In this document: piece by piece, positions 1 through 9,528 of the stretch
Layout of the letters: every line of letters starts with the position of its first letter
Position numbering within the stretch: position 1 is the stretch's first letter
DNA from: Campylobacterota bacterium
GTDB lineage: Bacteria; Campylobacterota; Campylobacteria; Campylobacterales; JAJVLF01
DNA length: 45,567 nt
Assembly: GCA_029255845.1 (NCBI GenBank)
Contig: JAJVLF010000015.1
Location: 1 to 45,567, forward strand
Reading direction: 5' to 3'
Notes under the pieces: generated by a model
The model's input: the letters and a program-made list of their open reading frames with translations, nothing else
What the model was told of the DNA's origin: nothing
Databases searched by the model: none
Position numbers and translations under genes: made by a program

Positions 1-12
1 GTTCATTTATTG

Positions 13-876
13 TTAGTTTCTCCTTTTAAATTTATTTATCATTAAGTGCACAACTAATACAGCAATTAATGCTATGCCAACTCTAATTAAGAAAATACTT
101 AAAACATCTGCTCCAAAAAAAGCAAATATTAAAGTTTCTTCTACTAATCCGTGTGCCAACATTAAGAATACTAATAATAGTATTTTTTCTTTTGGTTTAA
201 CTTGTTTTATCTCTTGCAATAATATTCCTGCACCATAAGTAACTCCCAATAACCCACCTACACTTAGACTTGATACATATGAGTGTTTTTCTAAAAATAC
301 TTTAAACCATTTTAATGTTTTAAAGTATTCAAAAAAGAGAATTAAGCTTACAACCAAGAGTATAACTTTACTTGCTAATATTAAAGAATTATAAATTGAA
401 TTAAATACATAAGGTATAAACTCTTTTATTTGCTCTTGTGCTATAATTTCATTTTGTATTAAATGTAAATCAGATGAAGCAATATGCATAGCAATAAATG
501 CCCCAAAATAACCTAATATAAGTCTACTAATCCAGTGAATATGTATATTCATACCAACTTTTTTTAGCACAGCTACTTCTAGTGGCAAAGAATGACATAT
601 TGCCATAAATGTCCCCACTATAGTCCATTCATAAGCACTTAATCCAAGAGTAGACGCAACAGCAATTCCTGCATAAAGATTAAAGAAAATAACACTTGCA
701 AAACTTAATGCTACTCCAGTAGGTAAATCTAGACTACTTGTAAATGGCTCAAAAATAAATGATACTGACTCAATTAATCCAAAATATTGCAATAAATCAC
801 TCACAATACTAAAAGGTATTACAAGTTTTGCTATCATCCAAGAAGAATTCAATGCTTTTTTTAGGATTTTTTTCAT
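13..876 (-). CDS. Nucleoside-recognition (Gate) domain inner membrane protein
   Basis: Multi-TM hydrophobic ORF with CHSLPLE and AHGLVEET motifs and GxTYGAG, typical of Gate-domain proteins. Start placed at ATG 876, 7 bp after the upstream stop; the track start is GTG 900. Confidence 0.7.
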   Translation of the reverse strand: MKKILKKALNSSWMIAKLVIPFSIVSDLLQYFGLIESVSFIFEPFTSSLDLPTGVALSFASVIFFNLYAGIAVASTLGLSAYEWTIVGTFMAICHSLPLEVAVLKKVGMNIHIHWISRLILGYFGAFIAMHIASSDLHLIQNEIIAQEQIKEFIPYVFNSIYNSLILASKVILLVVSLILFFEYFKTLKWFKVFLEKHSYVSSLSVGGLLGVTYGAGILLQEIKQVKPKEKILLLVFLMLAHGLVEETLIFAFFGADVLSIFLIRVGIALIAVLVVHLMINKFKRRN

Positions 877-883
877 TTTGTAT

Positions 884-1108
884 CTAATTCCATAATTCAC
901 AATTTAATATTGGCATATTTAGTATTGCACTTTTTCCAAAACTTATACATTGTATCGGTGGCACATCGTGCATTACCATTTCACCCTCAATATAGCAACT
1001 ATCCATAAAGTTATTAAATGTAAAAGAAATAATTTTTTCTTTATTAATTATCTGTGATATAAGAAAGTAATTCTCAATTCCATCATTTATTTGAATTAAT
1101 TGATTCAT
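884..1108 (-). CDS. Small hypothetical protein (74 aa)
   Basis: ATG with AAGGA RBS; packed in the same direction between the AraC gene and the Gate protein. Confidence 0.6.
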   Translation of the reverse strand: MNQLIQINDGIENYFLISQIINKEKIISFTFNNFMDSCYIEGEMVMHDVPPIQCISFGKSAILNMPILNCELWN

Positions 1109-1161
1109 AGTTATTATTCCTTTAATTTTAAAATTAATGAAATAATAACTATTTTTAAAAC

Positions 1162-1959
1162 TTAATTATTGTATGATATTGACTTTTTGTGAATTTTAGG
1201 AGTAGTTGCAAATATTTTTTTAAAGTTTCTATTAAAATGACTTTGGTCATAAAATCCATTGTCATATGCAATAGTTGTTAAGTTTGTTTGTTCAAATTTA
1301 CTTAATTGTTTTTTTGCCATATTGATTCTTTTGTTAATAATAAAATTTTGAGGTGTCATTCCAGTTTCTTTTTTAAATAGCCTTATTAAATATGACTTAT
1401 TGTATCCCAAATCATTGGCTATATCATTGATGGATATTTTTAAATTTATATTAATATCAATATAATGCTTTATTTGATTGCATAAATTACAAATTTTATT
1501 TTTTTCTAAATTATTATATGAATAACTTAGAAAAATATTCTTAATTATGTCTATTAATTGTTCAGTGTATTGATACTCATTATCCGCATTTAGTATGTCT
1601 TTACATAATTTTAATATTTTATTATTATTTACTTTTGATGTTGATAAGGGAATAAAATTACTTGAATTTAAAAATAATTCAGATTGAATTTTTTTACACC
1701 AATCTATGTCTAAATATATGGTATAGTAGCCAGTAGCATTAATATTTCTTGTTTGATGAGGTTGGTATGGATTGAAAACAGCAATTGAATTAGGAGATAA
1801 TACTGCATTATCATTTTTATGTCTTATATTTAAAGAGCCTTTTTCAATAATCCCAAAACTTAACATATAATGAAAATGCATTTTATAATCAGTGAATATA
1901 TGTTTAACATATTTTATTTCACCAAATATTTCATTTTCTTTTGTGTATAAAATTTTCAT
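1162..1959 (-). CDS. AraC family transcriptional regulator
   Basis: N-terminal cupin (HFH...H) and C-terminal double HTH (YLIRLFKKETGMTP; GFYDQSHFNRNFKK). Confidence 0.95.
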   Translation of the reverse strand: MKILYTKENEIFGEIKYVKHIFTDYKMHFHYMLSFGIIEKGSLNIRHKNDNAVLSPNSIAVFNPYQPHQTRNINATGYYTIYLDIDWCKKIQSELFLNSSNFIPLSTSKVNNNKILKLCKDILNADNEYQYTEQLIDIIKNIFLSYSYNNLEKNKICNLCNQIKHYIDININLKISINDIANDLGYNKSYLIRLFKKETGMTPQNFIINKRINMAKKQLSKFEQTNLTTIAYDNGFYDQSHFNRNFKKIFATTPKIHKKSISYNN

Positions 1960-2173
1960 AATTTTTTTATACCCCTTTAGTAACTTTAAGGTTTAGCAAC
2001 ATATTGTAACTATTATTATATTATTTTTCTCATCAAAAATAAACATAAATTGCAGATTAGGGGTTTACCATTTAATGCAAAATTTACTTAACTTATTCTT
2101 TACTATACTTACTTGCCCTAGTTATAAATCATTAGCTAATATGTTAAATTAATATGAGAAAATCCATAATAAC

Positions 2174-3778
2174 CTAATACATCTTCTCTTTAGCCTCTAT
2201 CCCCATCATAGACAACCCTATCTTAATACTATTAGCAACTATAATTGATACCTTTAAATAATCTTTCTCATTTTCATTATCTATAAACTTATTAGCATTA
2301 TAAAAGCTATGAAATAGGGATGATAATTCGTATAAATAATCTGTTAGTTTATTTGGTGCTTTTTGATTAAAAGAATTTTCTATTGTTTCTGAAAGCATTA
2401 AGGCGAAAAGTAATAGATTTGATGATTCTTGGCTTAGGTTTTGGAAATTGTGGTTTTCTATGTCTTTTTTGCTAAATTGGCTTTTTTCTAGCAGTGAATT
2501 AATTCTTGCGTGGGCATAGTTTATGTAAAAAATAGGGTTTGATGAATTTTGCTCTTTTAGTTTGGATATGTCAAATTCTAAATGGGTGTCGAATTTCTTA
2601 GTTAAGAAAATGAATTTTAAGGCATCATTTCCTATTTCTTCCCTGACTTCCTCCATTAAGATAAAATTACCTTTTCTTTTACTCATCTTGTATGGTTTGC
2701 CGTCTTTAAGTAATGCCACCATTTGAGAAAGTAATATTTCTAATTTTTCTTCATTAAAGCCTAAAAATTTGATGGCGGATTTCACTCTATTTATATATCC
2801 GTGATGATCAGCACCCCATATATTTATATATGTGTCATAGTCTCTTTCAAATTTGTTTTTATGATATAGTATATCTCCAGCTAGATATGTCGGCACTCCA
2901 TCTTCTCTCACTACTACTCTATCTTTTTCATCACTTGCTTTTGTTGTCTCTAGCCATAATTTGCCGTCTTTTTTGTAGCAATAGTCTTTTATTATTTTTT
3001 CCGTGTCGTCCCATTTAGCATATAGGGATTTTTCACTTACAAAATAATCAAAATGAATGTCTATTTTTGATAAGTCATTTTTAATTAAATCTAATACTTT
3101 GCTTTTTGCTATATCTGCTATTTTTTTTAAGTCTTTATTAATTATAATATTTTTATCTTGCTCGTAAATATCATTAGCTATATCAAGGATATAATCCCCT
3201 CTATAATAATCCTCAGGAAATTCTACTTCCCTAGATAAGATACTCTCACAAGCTCGTAGCCATACAGATAATCCAAGCAAATCCATTTGTTTTCCCGCAT
3301 CATTTACATAATACTCTGTATCTATTTCATAACCTAAAAAACTTCCACATTTTTGTATATAATACCCACCAATAGCACCTCTAGCATGACCTATATGTAA
3401 TGGTCCTGTTGGGTTGGCTGATATATATTCTAAAAGTATTTTTTTGTTTTTCTTCTCTGCTTGGAAGCCATTTTTTAAATAATCATCACTAATTTCATTT
3501 AAAAATTCTTGTTTTAGAAATATATTTACAAAACCAGAAACAGCATTAGCTGATTCAATAAAATCTAGTTTTGAAATTATATCTGCATACTCAGTAGCGA
3601 TATGGACGGGGGATTTTTTCATTTCTTTTGCTAAAGAAAAGCAGAAATTAGTCGCAAAATGACCAAATTCTGGTTTTTTAGGTTTTTGAAGGATGATTTT
3701 ATTAAAAACAATACCATCAATATCGTTTAGTTTTTCGCTCACCATATCGGCGACTATATTACTTAAATGATTAAGCAT
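2174..3778 (-). CDS. argS: Arginine--tRNA ligase
   Basis: SANPTGPLHIGH (HIGH), WGADHHGY, KMSKRKG, YAHARI and the C-terminal anticodon-binding domain. Confidence 0.99.
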   Translation of the reverse strand: MLNHLSNIVADMVSEKLNDIDGIVFNKIILQKPKKPEFGHFATNFCFSLAKEMKKSPVHIATEYADIISKLDFIESANAVSGFVNIFLKQEFLNEISDDYLKNGFQAEKKNKKILLEYISANPTGPLHIGHARGAIGGYYIQKCGSFLGYEIDTEYYVNDAGKQMDLLGLSVWLRACESILSREVEFPEDYYRGDYILDIANDIYEQDKNIIINKDLKKIADIAKSKVLDLIKNDLSKIDIHFDYFVSEKSLYAKWDDTEKIIKDYCYKKDGKLWLETTKASDEKDRVVVREDGVPTYLAGDILYHKNKFERDYDTYINIWGADHHGYINRVKSAIKFLGFNEEKLEILLSQMVALLKDGKPYKMSKRKGNFILMEEVREEIGNDALKFIFLTKKFDTHLEFDISKLKEQNSSNPIFYINYAHARINSLLEKSQFSKKDIENHNFQNLSQESSNLLLFALMLSETIENSFNQKAPNKLTDYLYELSSLFHSFYNANKFIDNENEKDYLKVSIIVANSIKIGLSMMGIEAKEKMY

Positions 3779-4029
3779 TAAGCTTTATTTGTGCTTTTAT
3801 CTGCCTCAATATTTTCGCTAGACTTTGTATCTTCTTTTTTAGTTTCACTACTAGCGACTTTTGTCTCTTCTTCTTTATTTTCTATTTTATCATCTTCTTT
3901 GACGGCTTTTTTAAAGTTTTTTATACCTTTACCAATACCACTTGCTAAATCTGGAATCTTTTTCGCACCAAATAATAAAACTACAATAGATAAAATAATC
4001 AATAATTCTGGCATACTAGGAACACCCAT
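3778..4029 (-). CDS. tatA: Twin-arginine translocase subunit TatA/E
   Basis: TM helix + [24 protein letters not shown]; AAGGAG RBS; 1-bp overlap with argS. Confidence 0.97.
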   Translation of the reverse strand: MGVPSMPELLIILSIVVLLFGAKKIPDLASGIGKGIKNFKKAVKEDDKIENKEEETKVASSETKKEDTKSSENIEADKSTNKA

Positions 4030-4057
4030 AAATTCTCCTTTGAATTAAAAGTGTGGA

Positions 4058-4066
4058 ATTATACCA
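4058..4066 (-). promoter_or_regulatory. Extended -10 promoter (TGGTATAAT) for tatA-argS
   Basis: TGnTATAAT about 30 bp upstream of the tatA start, the typical Campylobacterota RpoD form. Confidence 0.6.
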
Positions 4067-4141
4067 TCTTATGTTGAAAAACTATGATGGTTGCCTTAAG
4101 AAAATGTGGAAATATTTTTATATGTTTTCCTAAGTGATATT

Positions 4142-4150
4142 TGATATAAT
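4142..4150 (+). promoter_or_regulatory. Extended -10 promoter (TGATATAAT) for the defence island
   Basis: TGnTATAAT upstream of the ORF at 4321. Confidence 0.45.
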
Positions 4151-4229
4151 AAAAATAAAAGAGAAGACTTGTTAAAAATATTTAATAACAAAAATAATCT
4201 TGTAGGTGATGATTTAAAGAAGCCTATTG

Positions 4230-4257
4230 AAAACAATATTAAGCTTAGTATTGTTTT
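4230..4257. repeat. 28-bp near-perfect palindrome upstream of the RloC-like gene
   Basis: AAAACAATATT-AAGCTT-AGTATTGTTTT, one mismatch. Confidence 0.7.
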
Positions 4258-4320
4258 TTCTATATTCTTAAGATATGTATTTTCGCCTCAATCTATGAGT
4301 AATAAAACAAGGATAAAAGG

Positions 4321-6489
4321 ATGATTAATTCCATTAAAATCAATAATATTGCAAGCTACAAGTCAGCAACATCGTTAAAAACAGAGAAAAAGATAAATTT
4401 ACTATATGGGCTTAATGGAACAGGAAAAACTACATTATCTAATTTTTTACAAGATAAAGATAAAGTAGAATTTAAAGATTGCAGTATTATAGGTGGAGAG
4501 TCATCTAAAATACTTGTATATAATCAAAAATTTATTAATGATAATTTTTATGTAAAAGATAATTTGAAAGGTATATTTACAATATCTGAATCTAATGGGG
4601 CAGCTGAAGAAAATATTAAAAATGCAAAAACTGAAATTGAAGAAATAGATAATCAGAAACGAATAAAAGAAGATAAATTAAAAAAAATAGATGGTAGTAT
4701 AGAGAAGAAACTATTAACAGCCACTAATGAAATATGGAAAATAAAAACTATCTTTAGTGGTGGAGATAGAATTTTAGATTATTGTTTAGAAGGCATAAAG
4801 AGCAGCAAATCTTTATTATTTAAACATATCAAATCATTAGAAAAATCATCAATAAAACCTGCTAAAACAGTAGATGAACTAAAAAAGGAAATTTCACAAA
4901 TTGAAGGAGATAAGGCTATTGAAATCCCGATTTTACCAAAAGTAGAATTAAGTGGATTATCTGAAATTGAAATTGACACTATTTTTAATGAAGTTATTGT
5001 TGGAAATAAAGACAGTACAGTTTCTAATTTAATTGATAAATTTGAAAATTCAGATTGGGTAAAACTTGGGGTAACTTATTTACCAACTGAAATTGCTGGA
5101 ACTGAAATTTGCCCATTTTGTCAACAAAAAACAATTAATATGGATTTGGCTAATGAGTTAAAAAATTATTTTGATAAAACATATGAAGATAAACTTAGTA
5201 GATTAAGGCAATTAAAAGATATGTACCTTAACATAAAAAATAATATTCCCAATATGGATACCTTTTTAACAAATGAGTTTTCAAAAGCTAAAAAAATAGA
5301 ACTTGAAAATTCACATACTAAATTAATTAATATTTTAAATAAAAATATTAATGCTATAGATAGTAAAATAAAACTGCCAAGCAGTACAATTAATTTTAAA
5401 GATTATACTCAAGAAATTAGCAATTTCAATGAACTTATAGAAAGTATCAATCATTTAATTATTGGACATAATGAAAAAATAAAAAATAAACAAGCTGTCA
5501 AGGACATTATAAAAAAAGAATTTTGGGAAATAATGAGATGGGAATATGATAGCTATATATTAAGTTATGAAAAAGATTTAAAAGATTTAGAAAAAGACAA
5601 ATCAAGACTAAAAGAATCAATTAAAAAATTACTTGATGATATAAAAGCACAAAATGACATCATAAAAAAAAATCAGGGAAAAACAGCACATATTGAAGAA
5701 GCAATAAGAGCAATAAATTATCAGTTGATTTTGCTTGGATTGCATGGATTTGAAATCAAACAACATGAAAATAATTTTTATAGAATAATTAGAGAAAATG
5801 AAGATGAATCGCAATTTAAGTCATTAAGTGAAGGCGAAAAAATGATAATAAGCTTTCTTTATTTTATTGAATTATGTAAAGGTAAAGAAGATAAAGATGA
5901 AACTATTTTAAGCAAGATTATTGTTATTGATGACCCAATATCAAGCTTATCTCATAATTATATTTTTAATATTGCACAATTGATAAAAAGTTATTTTTTT
6001 GATAATTCAGACTATTCTCAAGTGTTTGTATTAACACATAGTATGTATTTTTTTCATGAACTTTGTAAATTGAAAAAACCTAAAACTAGAAAACTATTTA
6101 GAATTATTAAAAAATCAGATAAATCATCTAGTTTTTTAGAAATGAAAGAAGATGAAATTTTAAATGACTATCAAGCTTATTGGAAAATTATTAAAGACTA
6201 TGAAAATGGTAATGCTCCTGATAATATTATGGCAAATGCGATGAGAAATATTTTAGAGCATTTTTTTGCTTTTGTCTATAATGAGAAAATGAAAGAAGCT
6301 ATAAAAACAATCGATTCAAATAAATATGGTGCATTTTTAAGATATGTTGATAGAGAGTCACATTCTGACCAAACAAACATATCCGACATTAAAGAAATTG
6401 ATATAAGACTTTTTAAGAATGCTTTTAAAAAGGTTTTTGAAGATACAAAAAATATAAAACATTACAATAAAATGATGGATTTAGAATGA
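4321..6489 (+). CDS. RloC-like AAA_13 ABC ATPase with zinc hook and C-terminal HEPN nuclease (wobble-nucleotide-excising tRNase family)
   Basis: Walker A GLNGTGKTT, coiled coil with CPFC zinc hook, signature LSEGEK, Walker B IIVIDDPISSL, H-loop LTH, C-terminal NAMRNILE...RYVDRESH (RxxxxxxH HEPN-type). Confidence 0.85.
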   Translation: MINSIKINNIASYKSATSLKTEKKINLLYGLNGTGKTTLSNFLQDKDKVEFKDCSIIGGESSKILVYNQKFINDNFYVKDNLKGIFTISESNGAAEENIKNAKTEIEEIDNQKRIKEDKLKKIDGSIEKKLLTATNEIWKIKTIFSGGDRILDYCLEGIKSSKSLLFKHIKSLEKSSIKPAKTVDELKKEISQIEGDKAIEIPILPKVELSGLSEIEIDTIFNEVIVGNKDSTVSNLIDKFENSDWVKLGVTYLPTEIAGTEICPFCQQKTINMDLANELKNYFDKTYEDKLSRLRQLKDMYLNIKNNIPNMDTFLTNEFSKAKKIELENSHTKLINILNKNINAIDSKIKLPSSTINFKDYTQEISNFNELIESINHLIIGHNEKIKNKQAVKDIIKKEFWEIMRWEYDSYILSYEKDLKDLEKDKSRLKESIKKLLDDIKAQNDIIKKNQGKTAHIEEAIRAINYQLILLGLHGFEIKQHENNFYRIIRENEDESQFKSLSEGEKMIISFLYFIELCKGKEDKDETILSKIIVIDDPISSLSHNYIFNIAQLIKSYFFDNSDYSQVFVLTHSMYFFHELCKLKKPKTRKLFRIIKKSDKSSSFLEMKEDEILNDYQAYWKIIKDYENGNAPDNIMANAMRNILEHFFAFVYNEKMKEAIKTIDSNKYGAFLRYVDRESHSDQTNISDIKEIDIRLFKNAFKKVFEDTKNIKHYNKMMDLE

Positions 6490-6535
6490 ATAAAATAGAA
6501 TTTTTACTTAATTATATAAAAATTAAAAACTAAGT

Positions 6536-7234
6536 ATGAGGCTTATAAAAAAAGATTTTGTAGATAAAAATGTTAAATCTATACTTGGATATCCACTGCC
6601 ATCAGGTAAAGCTTACTATATAGAAAATGATGTAGGTTTAATTGAATATGGGAGCGATTATTATATTAACAACAATAATTTTTCTAATGAAAAAAAAGAC
6701 ATTATAGATCTTACAAAAGGCCTACCTTCTAGCTTTAAATATAATACAACAGATAACAAGCAGTCTAATAATTTTAATAAACAATCTTTATTAAGTTCTA
6801 ATGAAAGAAATTATCAAAAAGCTTTACTTTATTTAACATTTAGCGAAGAAAAGATGAAGCCATTTGTTGGATATAAAAAATATAATAATAAGTTTTTATC
6901 AAGCATATATTCTTTTTATTTAAAAGAAGACTTTTTGTCTCTAAAACAAATAGAGACTATACTTAAAATAGAAAAAAATAGTCATAAAGATATTATTAAT
7001 AAATATGGTTATCATAGTATTTCATTGAAAAATTTAGAAACCTGTTATGCTTACGAATACAAAATAAAAAGAGCCATTGATAAATTAGAGGATAAGAAGT
7101 TTATGCAAGAAATACTGAAAACTTTATATCAATATTTATACCTAACTGATAAACAAATTGAAGCGATTAGAAAATGGTTTCAGTATTTACCAAAAGATTT
7201 ACAAGAAGCCAAATTAAGGTCTTTTGATGTATAA
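6536..7234 (+). CDS. Hypothetical protein (232 aa) in the defence island
   Basis: Long ORF co-oriented between the RloC-like gene and rhuM; no recognisable motif. Confidence 0.65.
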   Translation: MRLIKKDFVDKNVKSILGYPLPSGKAYYIENDVGLIEYGSDYYINNNNFSNEKKDIIDLTKGLPSSFKYNTTDNKQSNNFNKQSLLSSNERNYQKALLYLTFSEEKMKPFVGYKKYNNKFLSSIYSFYLKEDFLSLKQIETILKIEKNSHKDIINKYGYHSISLKNLETCYAYEYKIKRAIDKLEDKKFMQEILKTLYQYLYLTDKQIEAIRKWFQYLPKDLQEAKLRSFDV

Positions 7235-7368
7235 AAATAAGCAAAATTTAAAAGTATTAAAAATACCACAAAGGCAAGTAATAACTAAGCTAGATATGAA
7301 AATAGTAAATTTCACTAATAAAAATATAGAGCAAACATTTAAGCACTCAAATAAGGAGCATGTAGATA

Positions 7369-8364
7369 ATGAGCGATATTGCAATATATGAAAATACTAA
7401 TGGAGACATAAAAGTAGATGTTACTTTTGAAGATGATAGTATTTGGCTTAATCAATCACAGATTTGTGAAGTGTTTGCTAAATCAAAATCTACTATAAGT
7501 GAGCATATAAGTAATATATTTGATGAAGAGGAATTAGAGCAATATTTAACTGTTCGGAAATTCCGAACAGTTCAAATGGAAGGAAATAGAGAAGTAGCAA
7601 GAGATGTTGATGTTTATAATCTTGATATGATAATCGCTATTGGCTTTAGAGTAAAATCTACTCAAGGGACAAAATTTAGACAATGGGCTACAAAAAAATT
7701 AAATGAATATATCACAAAAGGTTTTATGCTAGATGATGATAGATTTAAAAGTGGTAATTCTATGGAGTATTTTGATGAGTTGCAAGATAGGCTTAGAGAT
7801 ATACGGCTTTCAGAGCGATTTTTTTATCAAAAAATAAAAGATATTTACACTACAAGCTATGATTATAATCCTAAAAACATAAAAACAATAGAATTTTTTA
7901 AGATTGTTCAAAATAAATTATTATGGGCTATATCAGAGCAGACAGCCTCACAATTGGCTTATGAGAGGATAGACATAAATCTACCAAACCTTGGAATGAA
8001 CTCACTTGATAAAAAAGGTAAAAATATCACAAAAGCAGATGTAAGAATAGGTAAAAATTATTTAGATGAAAATGAGATAAAGCAATTAGCTCTTATAGTA
8101 GAGCAATATCTTGCATTTGCTGAGTCTATGGCTACACAAAAAACTAAAATGTTTATGGATGATTGGATTAAAAGACTTGATAGTATTATAAGTCTTAATG
8201 GAAAAGAGATATTAAATAGTGCTGGTAAAATTAGCCATAGTTCGATGATGGAAAAAACTTCAAAAATTTATGAAGAATATAAAAATCAAAAAAAACAAGA
8301 GGAAAAAAAGCAGAGCTTGAAAGAGCTTGAAGATGATATAAAAAATTTAGGGGTTTTAAAATGA
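7369..8364 (+). CDS. rhuM: RhuM family protein
   Basis: WLNQSQI, TVRKFRTVQ.EGNREV.R, YNLDMIIAIGFRVKS, FRQWAT, GFMLDDDRFK, IRLSERFFYQKI; AAGGAG RBS. Confidence 0.93.
   Translation: MSDIAIYENTNGDIKVDVTFEDDSIWLNQSQICEVFAKSKSTISEHISNIFDEEELEQYLTVRKFRTVQMEGNREVARDVDVYNLDMIIAIGFRVKSTQGTKFRQWATKKLNEYITKGFMLDDDRFKSGNSMEYFDELQDRLRDIRLSERFFYQKIKDIYTTSYDYNPKNIKTIEFFKIVQNKLLWAISEQTASQLAYERIDINLPNLGMNSLDKKGKNITKADVRIGKNYLDENEIKQLALIVEQYLAFAESMATQKTKMFMDDWIKRLDSIISLNGKEILNSAGKISHSSMMEKTSKIYEEYKNQKKQEEKKQSLKELEDDIKNLGVLK
7548..7572. repeat. Perfect intragenic palindrome in rhuM
   Basis: AACTGTTCGGAA-A-TTCCGAACAGTT (12-bp arms). Confidence 0.9.
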
Positions 8365-8878
8365 ATATAAGATTTAAAATTCAAGAGTATCAAAGTAAGG
8401 CGGTAAATTCAAGTAGGCTAATCAATGAGCAAAAAGCAGTAACTTGACTTATGATAGTCTAAATGACACTCATAATATAGAAGATATTTTTACAATAAAT
8501 CAATAAAATATACATTTTAAAAATGCAAAAAAGTGTTAAGCATATATATTTTATAGCAGAAACAAAAGGAAGTATGTCTAGTATGGAATTAAGAGATACG
8601 GAAAAAGTAAAAATAAAATGTGCTGAAAAGTTTTTTAATAGACTTCTTTCAAAACCTATCAAATTGGATATATGAATTATAGTGCATTAATTTGTGAAAA
8701 TAAAAACTAAGTAATAGCCGTAGCTATTGCGAAGGTTTTATTTTTGCAAAGTGATGTGCTATAATTTATATAGCCTTTTGATAGGTTTTGAAAGAAGTCT
8801 AATACTATTAGCAATCGTGAAGTTGTTTATAAAAAAATTGATGGTTATGATGAGCTTATGAATATTGTAAGTTTGTAA
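8361..8878 (+). pseudogene. res: Type III restriction endonuclease Res subunit remnant
   Basis: Starts with an ATGA overlap on the rhuM stop: MNIRFKIQEYQSKAVNS (Res N-terminus) joined directly to RLINEQKA. Frameshifted TYDSLNDTHNIEDIFT follows (8447-8506), then [34 protein letters not shown] (to 8639) and TISNREVVYKKIDGYDELMNIVSL* (8804-8878). These later blocks match the Res C-terminus. Confidence 0.85.
8640..8800. mobile_element. 161-bp MITE with 24-bp perfect terminal inverted repeats and 3-bp target duplication
   Basis: AGACTTCTTTCAAAACCTATCAAA (8640-8663) and its exact reverse complement (8777-8800); AAT on both flanks; removing it restores the res reading frame. Confidence 0.9.
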
Positions 8879-8932
8879 CCATTATGGGAATAGGGGTTGA
8901 GACAAATTAATTTAATTTATCGTAACATCTAT

Positions 8933-9448
8933 TTATAAATTAGCCACACATCGAATAAATGATTTTCTACTTTCTCTAATCCATATTTTAAAACCAGCTC
9001 TAAAATGAACTCCCCATATAGAAGATGTATTTCCAGAAAACTTAGTGCTTGAGAAATAAAATGCACCTCTGGTGTTTTTAAATGTCATATTAGTATGAGA
9101 ATTTTTTGATGAGTCTAAAATGATTGATGAAAGCTCCGTAATCGTAGGCAATCTCCAGTTTAGATTTAATGTATCTAAAGAGCTACAATATTCTTGTGAT
9201 TCTTGAAATGTTTTTGGTAGAGATATTACATCTTTATTATCTTGCCAAACTATCTTGCTATTATTATCTACAACTAGATTATTAATTTCATCTCTTGAAA
9301 ATCTAATGCTATCATCTACGATATAAGAATTTTGATTTATTATAATATCCGTATCTGTAAAACTAGCTGTATTTTCTAATTCCCCACAGCTATTAATAAG
9401 CATAATGACCGATACAGCCAATATTAACTTTAGTGAAATATGTCTCAT
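8933..9448 (-). CDS. DUF1566 (Lcl C-terminal, C-type-lectin-fold) lipoprotein
   Basis: Lipobox-like INSC; VVDNNSKIVWQ, YCSSL, WRLPTITEL, YFSST, terminal FIRCV. Confidence 0.85.
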   Translation of the reverse strand: MRHISLKLILAVSVIMLINSCGELENTASFTDTDIIINQNSYIVDDSIRFSRDEINNLVVDNNSKIVWQDNKDVISLPKTFQESQEYCSSLDTLNLNWRLPTITELSSIILDSSKNSHTNMTFKNTRGAFYFSSTKFSGNTSSIWGVHFRAGFKIWIRESRKSFIRCVANL

Positions 9449-9528
9449 CTAACCCTCCTTAGTTAAAACTTGCTTCCTGCAAATATATTACTAAATTCGG
9501 CAATTAGGCTCTTTTTTGTAGGGAAATA

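Noticed and set aside
8459-8662. 67-aa minus-strand ORF
   Set aside because: It starts inside the MITE terminal repeat and is antisense to the res remnant.
8933-9448. DUF1566 gene as the target of a diversity-generating retroelement
   Set aside because: I saw no reverse transcriptase and no template-repeat copy of its 3' end in the window. A remote DGR cannot be excluded.
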